Source of the DNA: Candidatus Hadarchaeota archaeon
GTDB taxonomy: Archaea; Hadarchaeota; Hadarchaeia; Hadarchaeales; Hadarchaeaceae
Direction: 5' to 3'
Assembly (NCBI GenBank): GCA_964514965.1
Contig: CAZETV010000002.1
Span: forward strand, 90,001 to 122,000
Length of the DNA stretch: 32,000 bases
Made by a program: the position numbers and the translations under genes
The notes under the pieces: model-generated
The model's input: only the letters and a program-made list of their open reading frames with translations
What the model was told of the DNA's origin: nothing
Databases searched by the model: none
Part shown: positions 28,872 to 32,000 of the stretch, one piece after another
Layout of the letters: each line of letters opens with the position of its first letter
Position numbering within the stretch: the first letter of the stretch is position 1

Positions 28872-28903
28872 GGGCGGCTTGCCGCCGCCCGCTCTCTTCT
28901 TTT
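28872..28903 (+). terminator. GC-rich hairpin plus T-rich tail after the giant ORF
   Basis: GGGCGGC-TTGCC-GCCGCCC (7-bp stem) followed by GCTCTCTTCTTTT, 18 nt after the stop codon. Confidence 0.5.
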
Positions 28904-29037
28904 AAGGGAAAGTTTCACTTTGGTTTTATGTTCTCGAATAATAGAAAAGAAATGGGCGAGCTGCAACATTGGAAATTGCGCCATAACTAGCGATTAATCA
29001 GGATGAAGCGGAATCGCAAGTTATGGTAGATTTAAAC

Positions 29038-29069
29038 GGTAGCTTAAAACCTACTCCCCCGCGCCACCA
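29038..29069 (+). other. tRNA-3'-end-like fragment (not tRNA-Lys) immediately preceding repeat block B
   Basis: GGTAGCTTAAAACCTACTCCCCCGCGCCACCA has a T-loop-like TTAAAAC and a GC-rich acceptor-like strand ending in CCA. No matching 5' half lies upstream. Confidence 0.4.
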
Positions 29070-29077
29070 AAAATCAT

Positions 29078-29266
29078 GCAAAAATCCTGCCCGAATCCTG
29101 CTCAACTTTTGCCTGAAAATTGCACGAAAGATTTAAACGCCGCACCACAAAAATTATACAAAAATCCTGCTCGAATCCTGCCCGGTTCTTGCGAAAAATC
29201 GTTTGATAGATTTGAATGATAGCAGTCGTCTAGCCGGGGCACCAAAAACATGCGAATATCCTGCCC
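29078..29266 (+). repeat. Composite repeat block, copy B (189 bp identical to 17777-17965)
   Basis: Base-by-base comparison. The repeat context extends, with divergence, to about 29320 and includes the shared TTAACTTTA[TA]AT box. Confidence 0.95.
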
Positions 29267-29347
29267 AAATCTTGCCCAATTTTTGCCGAGAAATCGTTTG
29301 AAGTTAACTTTAAATATTTGAACCTAACTTCATAATATGGTGCGGTC

Positions 29348-29926
29348 ATGAAATTCCATAATGTGTTAGAGGAAGTGTTTGGAACTGGCGAGAGGGTAAA
29401 AGTACTGCGAGTTCTTACACGGTACCCTAAGGAATTCACTTCTAGGGAACTGTCTGGATATTGCGGCGTCTCCGTTCGCGGTATCATTGATATTCTTACT
29501 CTTTTCGAGCGTTACGGGTTCGTAAAAAGCCGCAGGGTTGGGAAGTCCATCCTTTGGAAGATAGACGGGGGCAACTACCTGACCAAGGAACTCATCCTGC
29601 CATCCTTTGAGGTGGAGGGGGGCATCGTGGATCATCTAAAGCGGGGGATTTCGACGATGGTTAGGAGGTTCCCGGTGCGAAAAGCGGTGATCTACGGGAG
29701 CGTCGCCCGCGGGGATGAGCGACCTGACAGCGACATAGACCTATTGTTGGTCGTGGAAAAAAAGGGTAAATGGGTGAAGGAACTCCAAAATAAGCTCAGA
29801 GGGGAGATATTGGCGCTTTTTGGTAACACGCTGTCGATACTCGTTTGCACTCCGGGCGAGTACAAAAAAATGAGCAGGGGGCTGAAGAAGGAGATAGAAG
29901 GAGGCATCGTGGCCTTCGGTGGTTGA
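29348..29926 (+). CDS. wHTH-fused minimal nucleotidyltransferase (MNT-type antitoxin of a HEPN/MNT pair)
   Basis: The NTase motif is YGSVARGDERPDSDIDLLLVV (GSxxRGx5-SDxDL). The N-terminal ~90 aa are wHTH-like (RVKVLRVLTRYPKEFTSRELSGYCGVSVRGIIDIL). Confidence 0.8.
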   Translation: MKFHNVLEEVFGTGERVKVLRVLTRYPKEFTSRELSGYCGVSVRGIIDILTLFERYGFVKSRRVGKSILWKIDGGNYLTKELILPSFEVEGGIVDHLKRGISTMVRRFPVRKAVIYGSVARGDERPDSDIDLLLVVEKKGKWVKELQNKLRGEILALFGNTLSILVCTPGEYKKMSRGLKKEIEGGIVAFGG

Positions 29927-30332
29927 TGTGGTCGAAACGCAAAAGGTCGAAAAGCACCTCTATTCAAACTACCTCGAAAAGGCCCGAGAATACTTAGATG
30001 GTATGAAAGATGAGCTGGCAAACAAACGCTGGAACTTGGCCGTCCTAGCAGGCGTCCATTGCACCATCTCAGCATGTGATGCGCTGACGATCTTCTTCTT
30101 GGGTAGAAAACACAAGGGGATAAAACACGCCGATGCCGCAAAGCTCCTCGCTAGCATCGAGGGGATTGATCCAAGGAAGTTAAGGGAGAAATCCAACCAG
30201 CTCATCTCCATCTTGGATTACAAAACCCCAGTGGAATACGACAAAACCGTGTTCAAGGAGTCGGACGCAAAGGAACTCACAAAAAGGGTCGAGCGCTTTT
30301 ACAGTTGGGTCAAGGGGAAGTTGCCGGAGTGA
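29919..30332 (+). CDS. HEPN-domain protein (toxin partner of the MNT)
   Basis: 137 aa and helical, with an Rx4-6H motif in GRKHKGIKH. The GTG start overlaps the MNT gene by 8 nt. Confidence 0.8.
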   Translation: MVDVVETQKVEKHLYSNYLEKAREYLDGMKDELANKRWNLAVLAGVHCTISACDALTIFFLGRKHKGIKHADAAKLLASIEGIDPRKLREKSNQLISILDYKTPVEYDKTVFKESDAKELTKRVERFYSWVKGKLPE

Positions 30333-30347
30333 TGCCGATATTTGGTC

Positions 30348-30387
30348 CCGTAGGGGTTCGGGGGGTTCAAACCCTACCCCCGCACCA
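30348..30387 (+). other. tRNA-3'-end-like fragment immediately preceding repeat block C
   Basis: CCGTAGGGGTTCGGGGGGTTCAAACCCTACCCCCGCACCA has a GGTTCAAA T-loop-like core and a CCCCCGCACCA acceptor-like end. It is related to the fragment at 29038-29069. No 5' half is present. Confidence 0.35.
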
Positions 30388-30398
30388 ACAAAAATCGT

Positions 30399-30527
30399 GC
30401 AAAAATCCTGCCCAATTTTTGCCTGAAAATTGCACGAAAGATTTAAACGCCGCACCACAAAAATTACGCAAAAATCCTGCTCGAATCCTGCCCGGTTCTT
30501 GCGAAAAATCGTTTGGGAGATTTGAAC
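30399..30527 (+). repeat. Composite repeat block, copy C (shortened, near-identical to parts of A/B)
   Basis: A 50-nt run (30417-30466 = 17806-17855) and a 47-nt run (30469-30515 = 17858-17904) are identical, separated by a 2-nt difference. Copy C lacks one 11-nt heptamer period near its start. Confidence 0.9.
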
Positions 30528-30555
30528 GGGGGCTTGAACCTATCCGGGCCCGCCA
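30528..30555 (+). other. Degenerate copy of the tRNA-Lys T-arm/acceptor 3' end (putative right-hand att remnant)
   Basis: GGGGGCTTGAACCTATCCGGGCCCGCCA versus tRNA 17708-17735 GAGGGTTCGAATCCCTCCGGGCCCGCCA. The terminal 13 nt are identical and 22 of 28 match overall by manual alignment. Confidence 0.6.
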
Positions 30556-30600
30556 TATGTATACCGTAAGTTTTGCCCAATTCTAGCGGTACGAGTAAAC

Positions 30601-31377
30601 TCAATCGAGGCGCACGACTTCAATCTTCTTTAAGTCACAAACGCCAAGCTTTGCTTCTTGGGCGAGTTTCAGGTGCCCTACAGTAGAAGGGTCAATCCCT
30701 AGAACGGTGGACCCCACAGCATCGGCCGCGATCGGATCGTTTGAAAAAATCATCACATCAAACCGCTTTCGTTCGCCACCCAACTCCGAGCTTAAACTGA
30801 GCCGCCCGTCAATCACCGCTAAATCGGGGAGCTTGTAGCGGTTGATGTCGACGATGCTCTCTTCGATGCCCAGCTTGTGAAATCTGCCCTTATCCCGTCC
30901 GATGGTGGCGCCGAGCATGTTCTTTAGCGAGAGCGTTACACGGGCTGATGAATGCTGTTTCAAAACAGCCACCGATATCAAATAGGTGCCCTTTAAAACC
31001 ATTGGGAACTCGAACCGCTTCAGCACTGCTGCCTCCGCTTTTTTCAAAACCTCGAACTCCTCCGAATTTAAGTCAACTAGCTTCACCCCGTGATAATTCG
31101 CCAATTCAACATAACCCTGATTACGATAGATAGTGTGGGTGCCCCCAAACCCTGAACCCTCGGCGACGATAAGTTGATTATCGTCCTTGAAAAATTTCAC
31201 GAGAGCTTCAACGGTGTCGGTAGGAGTCGTAACGGGATATGGGCGATCGGCGATGAGGTTAGGTTTTATCACCACTTTCCTGCGATGAACTTCAACACCC
31301 AAAGAGCGCAGGCCCTTTGGTACCATCGTGGTGGGGTCGTTTCCTCTTACAACAACAACTTTCGACATGCCCCTCAC
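30601..31377 (-). CDS. DUF362 domain-containing protein
   Basis: 258 aa in which VVIKPNL..., LIVAEGSG, LKQHSSARVTLSLKNMLG and AVIDG fit the DUF362 pattern. Confidence 0.85.
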   Translation of the reverse strand: MRGMSKVVVVRGNDPTTMVPKGLRSLGVEVHRRKVVIKPNLIADRPYPVTTPTDTVEALVKFFKDDNQLIVAEGSGFGGTHTIYRNQGYVELANYHGVKLVDLNSEEFEVLKKAEAAVLKRFEFPMVLKGTYLISVAVLKQHSSARVTLSLKNMLGATIGRDKGRFHKLGIEESIVDINRYKLPDLAVIDGRLSLSSELGGERKRFDVMIFSNDPIAADAVGSTVLGIDPSTVGHLKLAQEAKLGVCDLKKIEVVRLD

Positions 31378-31442
31378 ACTTGTTTATCTAATTATAAAGT
31401 TAAAATGGTCACCCAGAAAGCGATATGGCTGCTAAGAAAGAA

Positions 31443-32000
31443 CTAAAATTTCGCATACTTACTCAAGCCGAGTTCCTTTAACTTCTCAGGGGTCGGCTTA
31501 CCTTTCTTCCACCCGCGCAGGGCATAGTACTCATCGAGCATCGCCCCCAGCTTGACAACATGACCTTTAGACGGACCCTCGGGCATCGATTCTTTGAGCA
31601 AACGTTTGGGTAGCGTGTCGTCCTTGCGGCCAAAGCCCTCGCGGTTGATGAAGAGCCGCTCAAGAGTATAGATACGATCACCGGCTTTCAACAGCTCATC
31701 GGGCGACCAGTTCCACCCTGTTATCGCGTTTAGCATCTCTACTATTTCAGGCATCCAAATGGCGAGGGTCGCAAATTTACAAAAGACGGCCGAATCACAG
31801 ATTGCGAATAGGTCTTGAAGAGTCTTCACCCACTGCGCCTTTCCCTCAGTGGCGAAGCGGTCAAGTCGTTTGGACACACCAAAAATTTCAGGACCTGTCA
31901 TGTAAGCTCGAAGGTGGCAGCTACCACTATTTGAGGTCGCGTATGCCAGCCCGTGTCCCTGAGAACCACGCGAATCATACGCAGACATTTCAAGTCCTTT
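31443..32000 (-). CDS. aor: Aldehyde:ferredoxin oxidoreductase (tungsten AOR family), C-terminal part; gene continues beyond the window end
   Basis: KGLEMSAYDSRGSQGHGLAYATSNSGSCHLRAY...CDSAVFCKF...LDEYYALRGW is the classic AOR domain 2/3 signature. The frame is open through 32000. Confidence 0.9.
   Translation of the reverse strand, partial: KGLEMSAYDSRGSQGHGLAYATSNSGSCHLRAYMTGPEIFGVSKRLDRFATEGKAQWVKTLQDLFAICDSAVFCKFATLAIWMPEIVEMLNAITGWNWSPDELLKAGDRIYTLERLFINREGFGRKDDTLPKRLLKESMPEGPSKGHVVKLGAMLDEYYALRGWKKGKPTPEKLKELGLSKYAKF

Overview
This is an archaeal chromosomal segment. The evidence is NAC, diphthine synthase, an HQGRPG-type PGK, RbkR-type CTP-dependent riboflavin kinase, archaeal riboflavin synthase, ArfB, and a tRNA with a non-canonical intron. 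Positions 1-17.6 kb and 30.6-32 kb are housekeeping: an Lhr-like helicase (partial), acyP, mpg, a B3/4-domain protein, pabB-pabC, nac, a PUA protein, an Ldh2-family dehydrogenase, a DUF431/Sfm1-like methyltransferase, a gap-pgk operon, a tight rbkR-ribB-ribC-ribH-arfB riboflavin operon, a TauE/SafE permease, a FucI-like isomerase with a transposase-like N-terminus, DUF357-dph5, then DUF362 and a partial AOR. The notable part is a ~12.8 kb accessory island (17736-30555). It sits between an intact tRNA-Lys(CTT) and a decayed copy of that tRNA's 3' end. The island is partitioned by three direct copies of a composite repeat block, two of them identical over 189 bp. Each block is built from ~80-97 nt units that end in tRNA-acceptor-like ...CACCA and carry ATCCTGC heptamers phased 11 nt apart. 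Blocks A and B are followed by a TATA-like box and a gene cassette, AbiEi/AbiEii after A and wHTH-MNT/HEPN after B. No integrase, transposase or replication gene is visible inside the island. Several island genes are broken by the loss of a single nucleotide: a SatD-like gene, a signal-peptide/TM-anchored repeat protein, and a GAF-PLD-PLD-3x(CARDB-like+DNRLRE-like) giant gene. A PHP phosphoesterase gene is 5'-truncated. All calls rest on manual translation and motif recognition; no searches were run.
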